From Thermoprotei archaeon (GTDB taxonomy: Archaea > Thermoproteota > Thermoprotei > Thermoproteales > B15-G16): a stretch of DNA of 64,000 nt. The notes under the pieces were generated by a model. The model ran no database searches. It was given only the letters and a program-made list of their open reading frames with translations, and was not told where the DNA came from. The translations under genes were made by a program, and so were the position numbers. The DNA lies in assembly GCA_003649205.1 (NCBI GenBank), contig QMRC01000001.1:160001-224000 (forward strand), written 5' to 3'. Of this stretch, positions 9,184 through 18,399 are shown one piece after another; the first letter of the stretch is position 1, and each line of letters opens with the position of its first letter.

Positions 9184-10092
9184 CTAGATAACTACGTAGA
9201 GCGAGTACGTAACTGAGTACCTTCTAAATCCTCTTCTAGTATCCGGTATAGCAGCTCCACCCCACTTCAGTATGAAACCCCTCCTTCTCAACTCCTCAAG
9301 TAACTTCATTACTTCGATACTGGTTAGGGGTGAGTAACCTCGCTTTACGAGTTCTCTATTTATTTGTTCAAGAGTTAGTGGAATACGTAGGTGAGGTCTA
9401 TACACGAGATCTACCTTAGCTTTCCCCCTCTTCACACTAAGTTCCTTAATACTGAGTATAATCTCATACATTACTTCAGGTGATGGAAAAATTTCACTAG
9501 GGATTTCAGCCTTAAGTAACCAAGTTGAGAGCAAAGGATTGAGAACTATTACTTTGTCTCCTAGGTCTTTACTACATTGCACTAATTTGAGGGATTTGAG
9601 TAGAGAAATCATGTTGTTGAGAGTCGTCTCATCAGCAACTTCCTTAGAAAGTAATTCATTCCTTAATACGTCTAGATCTACAACTCTACATCCAGAGGAA
9701 GTTATCTTCTTTAGAAGTCTCAGTAGTTCTCTGAAGCATCTAAAAGTGAGGAATCTTTGAATAATTGTGAATTTCCATTCACAATCCCCAGACTTCAGTG
9801 ATGTTAGCACCTTTTGTCCATCCTCGAGTAGAATTACCTTAAGGTTATTTCCTCTACCTTCTCTCCTCACTAGACCAAGGTAGGATAAGATCTTCAGATT
9901 CTCCCTCAGCACCCTATCACTGACACGTAACCTACCTCTAAGTGCATTAAAGTGACAAGAACCACCAAGATCATTAATTACTTCAAGTACTTTCAGTAAT
10001 GACCTAACTGAAATCCTACTAATTGGTAGCTTAACAGCATGCGTTCGAGCATGTGGCATGTGGACTCCATACAGGTAAGTGCTGAGTATCAA
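9184..10092 (-). CDS. Multi-winged-helix putative DNA-binding protein
   Basis: Three wHTH-like segments (RVLRENLKILSYLGLVRR; TLNNMISLLKSLKLV; EVMKLLEELRRRGFI). Confidence 0.65.
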   Translation of the reverse strand: MILSTYLYGVHMPHARTHAVKLPISRISVRSLLKVLEVINDLGGSCHFNALRGRLRVSDRVLRENLKILSYLGLVRREGRGNNLKVILLEDGQKVLTSLKSGDCEWKFTIIQRFLTFRCFRELLRLLKKITSSGCRVVDLDVLRNELLSKEVADETTLNNMISLLKSLKLVQCSKDLGDKVIVLNPLLSTWLLKAEIPSEIFPSPEVMYEIILSIKELSVKRGKAKVDLVYRPHLRIPLTLEQINRELVKRGYSPLTSIEVMKLLEELRRRGFILKWGGAAIPDTRRGFRRYSVTYSLYVVI

Positions 10093-10140
10093 CTTAATCT
10101 TCCTCAGAGCAGATGTACGTATTATGGTGTAGGTAATGGG

Positions 10141-10941
10141 CTACTCAATACAGTACTCAATCTCTGACTCAGCATGTGAAACACCCCTAGCTTGCTCAAG
10201 TAACTTATCTATTAATCTGATGTAGACCCTAATTCCGTACTTCTCGTGAATTAGCTCAGCAATGTGCTTGAGGTACTTGGGCTCTGTCTTACCAATACCC
10301 CTGAAGTGACTAGACAATGTATTGACAGGAACATACTGCTGTAGGACGTACTTGACTTTAGTGAAGTCAATACCTAGCTCAAGTAGTTCCTGAACTAACT
10401 TCAGAATATCAACTTCACTAATCAACGTAGGTACAACAACTGTACGAATCTCAAGATCAATACTACTACCAATTAGCAATCGAAGGCTCTCTATTATTTT
10501 TCTAAGCAGATCCCTCATAACCTCGATATTGAGTCCAGTAACCTCACTGTACTTAGCTACATCACTTAAAGGAGCTTTAACATCACACGTTACGTGATCT
10601 AGCAAACCACGTCTCAGTAATCTACCAAGCACACTAGGTCTCGAGAGATTCGTATCCAGACTACATGCAAGATCAAAATCCCTCGCTAAGGTAAATACCT
10701 CCTCAAGAGTATTGGGGTGAAGAGTTGGTTCACCTCCAGTAACGTGAATGTACTTAACACCTCCCTCACTAATAAACCTCTTCAATTCATCAGCTGTAAT
10801 CTCAAGTACTCTCTCACCAAGAACAACATCCCTAAAGCAACACCAAGGACACCTAAAGTTACACCCTGGTAACCAAAGCATTAATGATAATCCATAACCA
10901 ATTAGAGGAGCCCTATCAACCCTTGAAATCAGCAACTTCAC
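10141..10941 (-). CDS. Radical SAM activating enzyme (anaerobic RNR activase/NrdG-like)
   Basis: GCNFRCPWC, VTGGEPTL, LDTNLS, DVKAP, EIRTVVVP, VLQQY. Confidence 0.8.
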   Translation of the reverse strand: MKLLISRVDRAPLIGYGLSLMLWLPGCNFRCPWCCFRDVVLGERVLEITADELKRFISEGGVKYIHVTGGEPTLHPNTLEEVFTLARDFDLACSLDTNLSRPSVLGRLLRRGLLDHVTCDVKAPLSDVAKYSEVTGLNIEVMRDLLRKIIESLRLLIGSSIDLEIRTVVVPTLISEVDILKLVQELLELGIDFTKVKYVLQQYVPVNTLSSHFRGIGKTEPKYLKHIAELIHEKYGIRVYIRLIDKLLEQARGVSHAESEIEYCIE

Positions 10942-10966
10942 GCAATGAGCACCTCCTACAATTTAG

Positions 10967-12565
10967 TTAAACTCTCAGCTTTCTAAGCATAACTCTAGCT
11001 ATTAGCACAACTACTATCAGCAATGCTACACCTATTCCTGGTGGTATGAGTATGTACGTGCTGAACTCACCCTCTATGAGTGATAGGGGTAGTACCATGA
11101 TGAGTATGGTAGCTACTACCTGAGCTGGTAATAGGAATAGCTGGACGATATACTCCTTAATGTGTAGCGATCTTTGTTGTAGTGTTACCTCGAGTTCACT
11201 AACTGTTACAGGTAGTTGAGTAGCTCTTAGATACGTTCTCAAGCCTAGAAGTAGTGTTAGATCGATGTGTATGTGTAGTGCTACTCCGTACGAAATTAGT
11301 ACAGCCACCAGGGCCATTACTGAAGTTAGCAGTGCTACATCAGGTAGGTGCAGTACTGTACTTAGCACTAGTAGAGCTAGTGATACTGCACATATCGGTG
11401 TTGTGTAGTACCTTAGAGCTAACTTCCTTATGTAGTGACCTAGGTGCCTTATCTCGAGACCAGCGGTGATGAAGTGCCACGATATGAATCCAATTAGTGA
11501 GGTTGTGCTTGTTAGAATCGTGTTAGGTGCTATGACTATAGCAATCATCAATATGCCAACGATTATTGATGGTATTATCTCAGCTCCTTCTATTGATACG
11601 TAGTTTCTCACGATGTAGTCAATCACTGGTGTGAGGATTATTGCAGTACACACTCCAACTGATACTTTGATTAGTTTGTTCCGTAGTAGGGTTTTCATTA
11701 GAGAATTGAGGTCAGTGATGCGTGGTTCATGTAGAGATATAGTGATTGATTCTCCAAATACCACATCTAGCGGCTTAGCTGCTAGTTCATGCCCTGTAAT
11801 ATACATAAGCAGTATTGCCGCAACAACTACGTAGAGTAGTGTTGCTGCAACAGCTGGTGTGAACCTAGCTTCTGCTATGTCGATTACCGCCATTGCAATT
11901 GCTGAGCTAGGTAGTAAATGTGGTACGTACTCGATCTTTAGCCATATGAAGATGGGTCCTAGTACGGATAGGGGTACCATCACTACACGTACAGTACTTA
12001 GAGCATTACTCAACCTAGCTAAGTTACAGTAACGACTCAACTCTGGTAGTGAGGTAATGTACTCAACCGTGAATCTCAATGCTACTAGAGAGAGTAGACT
12101 AGATAGTACGTACATGAAACTGCGAGGAGATGAGACTACTAGCCACACAACCGTGTACACCATGTATGGCATGTATACTAAGATATCGGTAAGTATCGAG
12201 GAGAATACTAGCGTTCGTAGTGAAGTTGATGATACGTAGATTAGATCTAAATCCTCTAGAAGTACATGTGGTATTCCTGAGGGAACCCCAAGACTACCAT
12301 ACTTCCTACCTCTAGCAAGCCCCTTCTTACGTAGTCTAGGTGCTATGGCTGAAAGTATGAGGATTACAGCAAATGCGGTGGACAGAGCTAATTCAGTTAA
12401 ATCTCTCGACATCAAAGTAACTTGTGACCTACTACTTCTCTCTAGAAATCTCGGTAGGATACCAAGCGCACCTATGGCTAGTGCTAGGTATGAGAATTTA
12501 AGTGCTCTAACCGTAGCTAGTGTCTTGTAGTAAGTGAGCTTGAGTAAAGTCGATAACTCACTCAC
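10967..12565 (-). CDS. ABC exporter permease (multi-TM)
   Basis: About 12 hydrophobic segments; overlaps the stop of the upstream ABC ATPase. Confidence 0.75.
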   Translation of the reverse strand: MSELSTLLKLTYYKTLATVRALKFSYLALAIGALGILPRFLERSSRSQVTLMSRDLTELALSTAFAVILILSAIAPRLRKKGLARGRKYGSLGVPSGIPHVLLEDLDLIYVSSTSLRTLVFSSILTDILVYMPYMVYTVVWLVVSSPRSFMYVLSSLLSLVALRFTVEYITSLPELSRYCNLARLSNALSTVRVVMVPLSVLGPIFIWLKIEYVPHLLPSSAIAMAVIDIAEARFTPAVAATLLYVVVAAILLMYITGHELAAKPLDVVFGESITISLHEPRITDLNSLMKTLLRNKLIKVSVGVCTAIILTPVIDYIVRNYVSIEGAEIIPSIIVGILMIAIVIAPNTILTSTTSLIGFISWHFITAGLEIRHLGHYIRKLALRYYTTPICAVSLALLVLSTVLHLPDVALLTSVMALVAVLISYGVALHIHIDLTLLLGLRTYLRATQLPVTVSELEVTLQQRSLHIKEYIVQLFLLPAQVVATILIMVLPLSLIEGEFSTYILIPPGIGVALLIVVVLIARVMLRKLRV

Positions 12566-13283
12566 CTGTAATCACCTTTAGGAGAGCATCCTCAAGTGTA
12601 GATACCTTCATAGCTTGCTTAACCTCGGTAATAGTACCCTCAATTACCTTGATTCCACGATGCATTATGCATACTCGATCTGCAATTCCTTCAACCCAAG
12701 GGAGTACGTGACTTGATAGTAGAACTGATGAACCGGACTTAACGAGTTCCTTAATCTCCTCCTTGAGCACTTTCTGAGCTAGGACGTCGAGAGCCATGTA
12801 TGGTTCGTCCATGACTATAAGCTTGGGTTGAGGTATGAAGGCCATCGTTAGTATTAGCTTCTGTATGTTACCTCTCGAGAGCTTAGATACCTTAACCTTC
12901 TCAAGACCTTTCAGCTCGAAGCGTTCGAAATAGTACTCCGCTCTCCTCTCAGCAAGCGATTTCTCGAGACCACGAATAGACGCTAGTAAGTACACATACT
13001 CCATAACAGTTAGCTCACCGTAGAGTACCGGATTGTCTGGTACGTAGGTGACGTACTTGAGTGCCTTGGTTCGTTCACGATGTACGTCGTAACCCATGAC
13101 CTTGACTGAACCACGGCTTGGTGAGAGGAGCCCAACTACTGTCCTCAAGGTGGTTGTCTTACCAGCACCATTAGGGCCAACCAATGAGTACACTATGCCC
13201 TCATCTATTGCGAACGTAAGTCCACGAACTGCAGGGTAAGAGCCATAGAACTTCCAGAGATCGTTGACCTCAAGTACCTGCAT
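12558..13283 (-). CDS. ABC transporter ATP-binding protein
   Basis: GPNGAGKTT, LSRGN signature variant, IVMDEP, SSH. Confidence 0.92.
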   Translation of the reverse strand: MQVLEVNDLWKFYGSYPAVRGLTFAIDEGIVYSLVGPNGAGKTTTLRTVVGLLSPSRGSVKVMGYDVHRERTKALKYVTYVPDNPVLYGELTVMEYVYLLASIRGLEKSLAERRAEYYFERFELKGLEKVKVSKLSRGNIQKLILTMAFIPQPKLIVMDEPYMALDVLAQKVLKEEIKELVKSGSSVLLSSHVLPWVEGIADRVCIMHRGIKVIEGTITEVKQAMKVSTLEDALLKVITGE

Positions 13284-13438
13284 CGTGGGTGTAGAGTTTT
13301 CTTGACTGTAATTAAAACTTTACACCTTGACCCGCATCCTACACCCTAGGTACTAGGTGGGTTAGGTACTGCTACGTAATTCACTTAAGAGCTTCAACAC
13401 CACTCTTAACTCGGAAATACCATCCATAGACAGTACTG

Positions 13439-13849
13439 TTACATGCTTCGCCTCACTACGGTCTCTGAATCGTTTATGTGCCTCCATAGCCCACTCTTTG
13501 CTCTCAGTATCACAATACCTAACCTCTCTATCAGTGCATCCGACATAGCAGGTTCATCGAGACCGGGCTTTATTAGGACTAGTGTCTCTGCTTCAGATAG
13601 CTTATTTCCGTGTTCATCAAGTAGTTCTATGGTTATTGGTTCCTGAATTAAGTACCCTATGGTTTCTGAGGTAAATTCCATAACTGGTACAGCAGTGCTA
13701 CTCTCGGTAGGCCATATACCAAGTTGTTCAGCTACCTCTGGTGGTATAGCTATGATAGGTACATCGGTTTCAGCACCTGCACTAGCTAGAGCAACAATCT
13801 CAATGCTTCTATCCCTTGACTAAAGCCTATCTTTGACTCGCACAACCAT
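13439..13849 (-). pseudogene. Clan-AA aspartic-protease-like crenarchaeal paralogue with in-frame TAG at codon 10
   Basis: ATG 13849 reads MVVRVKDRL*SRDRSIEIVALASAGAETDVPIIAIPPEVAEQLGIWP..., in frame with the listed 13439-13681 ORF; stop at 13820-13822. Confidence 0.6.
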
Positions 13850-13851
13850 GT

Positions 13852-14043
13852 TCAAGTTCCCTTAATCAGCTTCTTGACATCTACCTTTATCTTGAATTTT
13901 CTAAAGCAGATTTTCAGATCTCTCCTCAATTTTAGTTCTCCTCTCAGAAGTGCTTCAAATTCCTCTCTCGTCAGTACCAAGACTACTCTTCTCCCCCGAT
14001 TGTACATCTGGGCTTCCCCAAATATTCCACAACTTGATCCCAA
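13852..14043 (-). CDS. Small hypothetical protein (possibly a fragment)
   Basis: 63-aa basic ORF ending 2 nt before the next ATG. Confidence 0.35.
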   Translation of the reverse strand: MGSSCGIFGEAQMYNRGRRVVLVLTREEFEALLRGELKLRRDLKICFRKFKIKVDVKKLIKGT

Positions 14044-14141
14044 TATACTTCACGCTACCATGCCCAGCTGTATGCCATGTCTTTACGTAGGTCATAACTT
14101 TAACATTTGGGGTACTTCTCTCTTCTCTATGGTGATTATGG

Positions 14142-14429
14142 TTGAGGAGGGTCGCTCTTGTCCTTGATCGTAGAGATAATGTTGCTATTGCTCTTCGTGA
14201 TCTCAGAAAAGGTGAGAGAGTTCGCGTTGAGGTTAATGGTGGGGTTATTGAGGTGACGTTGTTAGATGATGTTCCTTTTGGTCATAAGTTTGCTATTAGG
14301 GAGGTTAGGGAGGGTGAGTACATAGTTAAGTGTGGTGAGGTTATTGGTCGTGCTACTAGACTGATTAAGGTTGGTGAACACGTTCACGTTCACAATGTTG
14401 AGAGTGTAAGGTTTTCACCACGTACCTGA
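14142..14429 (+). CDS. UxaA/GarD-family dehydratase small subunit (SAF domain)
   Basis: DNVAIAL, VPFGHKFA, VKCGEVIG, GEHVHVHN. Confidence 0.9.
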   Translation: MRRVALVLDRRDNVAIALRDLRKGERVRVEVNGGVIEVTLLDDVPFGHKFAIREVREGEYIVKCGEVIGRATRLIKVGEHVHVHNVESVRFSPRT

Positions 14430-14438
14430 GGTGTCGAT

Positions 14439-15599
14439 ATGTATGAGCTTAGAGGTTTTGTAAGACCTGACGGTAGAGTTGGATTCAGAAATCACGTACT
14501 TGTTCTCCCTACTGTTGCTTGTGTTAGTGAGGTTGCTATGAGGGTAGCTATGAAGGTTGAAGGTGTTGTTGCTGTGTGGAATCCCTATGGGTGTACTCAA
14601 ATTGGTAGAGATCTCGAGATAACTACGAGAACTCTGATTGGTATTGGTAGAAATCCAAATGTATTTGCTGTACTTGTCCTCGGTCTTGGTTGTGAAACTG
14701 TTGATACTGATAAGGTTGCTGATGCTATTGCTAAGACAGGTAAACCTGTTGAGGTTGTTAGAGTTCAGGATGTTGGTGGTATTTTGAGAGCTGAGGAGCT
14801 TGCTACATCTATCGTTGCTAGGTTTCGTCAAGAAGCTTCAGTACAGAGACGTGTGAGTGTTGATTTCTCATCACTTGTAGTTGCTGTTGAGTGTGGTGGT
14901 TCAGATACTACGTCAGGTATTGCTGCTAATCCTGTTGTTGGCTACGTAGCTGATAGAGTTATTGATCTAGGCGGTACAGTTATTATGTCTGAAGTACCTG
15001 AGATGATTGGTGCTGAACACATCCTTGTTAAGAGAGCTGTATCGAGAGAGGTCGCTGAGAAGTTACTTCAGTTAATTAGGGAGTGGGAGGAACTAGCTAA
15101 ATCAGCTGGTGCCGATATCAGGGGTTCACAACCAACTCCAGGTAATATTGCTGGTGGGATAACGACATTGGAGGAGAAGTCTCTAGGTGCTATCTTGAAG
15201 GGGGGTACTAGACCTATTGTTGGTGTTCTTGATTATGCTGAAGAGCCGAAAAGTAGGGGATTATGGGTAATGAATACACCAGGATTCGATATTGAGTCTG
15301 TTACTGGTATGGTTGCTGGTGGTGCTCAGGTAGTGCTCTTCACAACAGGTAGGGGAACCCCTGTAGGTTCAGCTATAGCTCCTGTCATTAAGGTAACAGC
15401 AAATTCAGAGACCTACAGGAAGATGAGAGATATAATTGACTTCTATGCAGGTACTGTAATTGAGGGAGTAGAGACCATCAAACAAGTAGGTGAGAAGTTA
15501 TTTAAAGAACTGATTGAGGTACTTAATGGTAAGTTAACCAAGTCGGAGATTCTGAAGCATAGAGAATTTGGCATAATGAAGGTATCGCCATCACTTTAG
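14439..15599 (+). CDS. UxaA/GarD-family (altronate/galactarate-like) dehydratase large subunit
   Basis: RPDGRVGFRN, GLGCE, ECGGSD, GNIAGGITTLEEKSLG, FTTGRG. Confidence 0.9.
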   Translation: MYELRGFVRPDGRVGFRNHVLVLPTVACVSEVAMRVAMKVEGVVAVWNPYGCTQIGRDLEITTRTLIGIGRNPNVFAVLVLGLGCETVDTDKVADAIAKTGKPVEVVRVQDVGGILRAEELATSIVARFRQEASVQRRVSVDFSSLVVAVECGGSDTTSGIAANPVVGYVADRVIDLGGTVIMSEVPEMIGAEHILVKRAVSREVAEKLLQLIREWEELAKSAGADIRGSQPTPGNIAGGITTLEEKSLGAILKGGTRPIVGVLDYAEEPKSRGLWVMNTPGFDIESVTGMVAGGAQVVLFTTGRGTPVGSAIAPVIKVTANSETYRKMRDIIDFYAGTVIEGVETIKQVGEKLFKELIEVLNGKLTKSEILKHREFGIMKVSPSL

Positions 15600-15726
15600 T
15601 TACCACATGTAGGAAGTGGAGTAATGTAGTAACACATTATATCTGTAACTAATAAAGTGGTAGTAATTACCTCAATAAATGGATTACAGGTATTTTTCAT
15701 AAAAGAAATTCAGAAATTCCTATGTA

Positions 15727-16173
15727 GTGGGTGCTATCTTGAGTATTGAGTACGTGGAGATTTTGAAGAGGAGAGCACAGCAATTTGTTAAGTATGGTGA
15801 TGTAGCTTTACAGAATGAGGACTATGACTTAGCATGCTTTATGTACCATCAAGCTAGTGAGCTATACCTTAAAGCCATACTACTTAGATTAACAGGACAT
15901 GTACCTCGATTACATTCGATTAGACAATTACTTGCTCTCTTAATCAAAATTCTCGAAGAGGTATTTCACCAGAGACTTAATGATATAATTGACTTACTGA
16001 GATACTTTACCTCACGTTATAGGAGCGAACTTAAGCTTCTCGATGAAGTTTACGTACAGGCTAGATATGCTCCTCGAAGATATTCAAGGGAGGAATGTGA
16101 GAGTTTAAGAGATTTATCTAGACACATACTTGAGGTGGTGAAGCTTATTGAAGAGAGACTTTCAAGCATCTGA
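15727..16173 (+). CDS. HEPN domain protein
   Basis: LACFMYHQASELYLKA, PRLHSI, YVQARY. Confidence 0.88.
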   Translation: MGAILSIEYVEILKRRAQQFVKYGDVALQNEDYDLACFMYHQASELYLKAILLRLTGHVPRLHSIRQLLALLIKILEEVFHQRLNDIIDLLRYFTSRYRSELKLLDEVYVQARYAPRRYSREECESLRDLSRHILEVVKLIEERLSSI

Positions 16174-16540
16174 AGAAGTATACCTTAGAATTAGAGCAGA
16201 GATGTTTCGTGAACTACTAAAGTGGAGGCACTACCTAAAGTACTTAATTGAAGCTAGTGAGAAGGTACTTGGTGAGAATGCTGAGATCTATGTCTTCGGT
16301 AGTGCTATTGAGGGTAAGTTAACTGCTGATAGCGATGTTGATGTAGCTATCGTACTACCTCAAGTACCTTCCTCTGGTGCTGAGAGAGCTAAGGTGATTG
16401 ATAGGATCTTTAGGTATATGGAGGAGAGGGGTGTTCCTTGGTGGTATCCCTTCGAAATTCACTTAGTGACTAGAGAGGAAATGGAGGTATTGAAGAGAGG
16501 AGGAGCTAAATTCTACAACGCTAAAGAACTAGTCAAGTAG
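16148..16540 (+). CDS. Minimal nucleotidyltransferase (MNT), partner of HEPN
   Basis: YVFGSAIEG...DSDVDVAI, FEIHLV; overlaps the HEPN gene. Confidence 0.88.
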   Translation: MKRDFQASEEVYLRIRAEMFRELLKWRHYLKYLIEASEKVLGENAEIYVFGSAIEGKLTADSDVDVAIVLPQVPSSGAERAKVIDRIFRYMEERGVPWWYPFEIHLVTREEMEVLKRGGAKFYNAKELVK

Positions 16541-16553
16541 ATGCATATTGCTA

Positions 16554-18377
16554 CTAGTGTGTGACTTTCTTCACTAGGTACCTGGGTGAGTCAATTGGTC
16601 TTCCTAGTAATTCTCCAAGTCTATACGATAGGAATTGTAGTGGTATTGCAAATGCTATTGGTGCTATATGTCTTGTAGTTGGTGGGACGAGTAGTGTGGG
16701 TACACCTACCATACGTAGATTTTCATCGTGCTCAAACCCTACACTGATTACGGTAGCTCCCCTCTCCTTAGCTACTTTCATTAGAGGGTACGTAGCTTCT
16801 GCTGCTACCTTCTCGACGGGTACTATGAATATGGTGAAGAAGTTCTCACCTATGAGTACTATTGGTCCATGTTTGAACTCTCCTGCTTCAATACCTTCAG
16901 CGTGAATGTATGCTACTTCCTTGAGCTTAAGTGCTCCCTCTAGTGCTATTGGGTACGTAATTCCCCTAGATATGACGTATCCACTCCTACACTTTACTAT
17001 TTTCTTAGCTGCTTCAGAAGCTACTGCATCAATGTTCTTCATGTGTTTGGTAAGTTCCAAAGCATACTTCTTCAGCTCTTCAACTCTATTCCTGAACTCT
17101 GAGGCTGATAGCTCTCTCCTCTCCTTCGCTACTCTTAGAGCCACTATGTAGAGTACTGCCAGGGTAGAGGTAAAGGTCTTTGTTGCTGGTACAGCTAATT
17201 CAGGTCCTGCCGCTATTGGTAAGTACAGATTCGAGAGATTTGCTAATTTAGAACCTATGTAGTTTGTTATTCCAAGAATTGTTGCACCTCTAAGCTTTGC
17301 TTCGTATACTGACTTTATGACATCTGATGTCTCTCCTGACTGTGATATCGCTATCACGACAGTTCCTGGTCCTACATTCTCAACGTAGTATAGTGGGAAT
17401 TCAGCAGCACTAACAACTATTGGACTTATCTTAGCTAGTTCAGAGAGATAGTATGAACCTACGAGTCCTGCATGGAGACTAGTACCGTCAGCAATTATGT
17501 ATATGCTCTCAGCTTCTTGGAGTAGTCGAGAAGCAAATGTCAGGTACTTTTCCTGAATTGACGATAATGTCCTCAGTAGAGCATACGGTATCTCATAGAT
17601 TTCCCTAAGCATATGGTGTGGAAATCCATCAGTGTAAATATACTCCGCCTTTACTTCAAGTGGTTTAAATTCCTTCTCCAAAGGCCTCATCTCTTTTACA
17701 TCCATGAAGCGTACACCATCTCTAGATAGAACAGCTAACTCACCACCCCTAAGTTCCGTAACTACGTCAGTAAAACCATGTAGAGAGCTCCTTGTTGAAG
17801 CTATAGCAATCAGATCTCTCGATAACCCAACATAGAGTTCCTGAAGAGAGGTGTAGGCAAGTATCGATCTCGATTCAGCATGTAGAACTACAAAGCTAAA
17901 GAAACCTTCAAGTTTCCTAGCTACAGCAGCTACAGCTTCCTCTACACTTATACCCTCTTTCAACTCATCCTCCAGCAAGTGAGCTATAACTTCGAAATCA
18001 CAGCGAGAAACTACTCTATGCCCTTTCACAAACAATTCATCCCTTAACATCTCGTAGTTTGCTATAGCACCATCACCAACAACAGCAATCAAACATGAGC
18101 AATCAGCGTGTGGATGAGCGTTATCCACATGTGGTCTTCCATGTGTAGAGAACCTGGTATGACCAATAGCTACATCACTTCGGCAAGAGGATAGGGCACG
18201 ATCCCGATACACCTTATTGATATCACCAACACCCTTGCGTACCTCAATAATATGGTCTCTAAGGAAGGCTATACCAGCTGTATCTGAACCCCTAAATGCC
18301 ATCCTCCTCAAACACTCAACAACGATACCAATGACGTCCGAACCCGATCTCGAAATCACACCACATACACCACCCAC
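16554..18377 (-). CDS. GlmS-architecture protein (Ntn domain + two SIS domains) lacking catalytic Cys1; probably a sugar-amine-phosphate isomerase/deaminase
   Basis: GHTRFSTHG, NAHPH, SQSGET, ATKTF, LKLKE, EFKHGP, C-terminal PRYLVKKVT; likely start GTG 18377 after GAGGTGA gives MGGVCG rather than MCGI. Confidence 0.88.
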   Translation of the reverse strand: MGGVCGVISRSGSDVIGIVVECLRRMAFRGSDTAGIAFLRDHIIEVRKGVGDINKVYRDRALSSCRSDVAIGHTRFSTHGRPHVDNAHPHADCSCLIAVVGDGAIANYEMLRDELFVKGHRVVSRCDFEVIAHLLEDELKEGISVEEAVAAVARKLEGFFSFVVLHAESRSILAYTSLQELYVGLSRDLIAIASTRSSLHGFTDVVTELRGGELAVLSRDGVRFMDVKEMRPLEKEFKPLEVKAEYIYTDGFPHHMLREIYEIPYALLRTLSSIQEKYLTFASRLLQEAESIYIIADGTSLHAGLVGSYYLSELAKISPIVVSAAEFPLYYVENVGPGTVVIAISQSGETSDVIKSVYEAKLRGATILGITNYIGSKLANLSNLYLPIAAGPELAVPATKTFTSTLAVLYIVALRVAKERRELSASEFRNRVEELKKYALELTKHMKNIDAVASEAAKKIVKCRSGYVISRGITYPIALEGALKLKEVAYIHAEGIEAGEFKHGPIVLIGENFFTIFIVPVEKVAAEATYPLMKVAKERGATVISVGFEHDENLRMVGVPTLLVPPTTRHIAPIAFAIPLQFLSYRLGELLGRPIDSPRYLVKKVTH

Positions 18378-18399
18378 ATCCATCACCTCATCAATTAAT

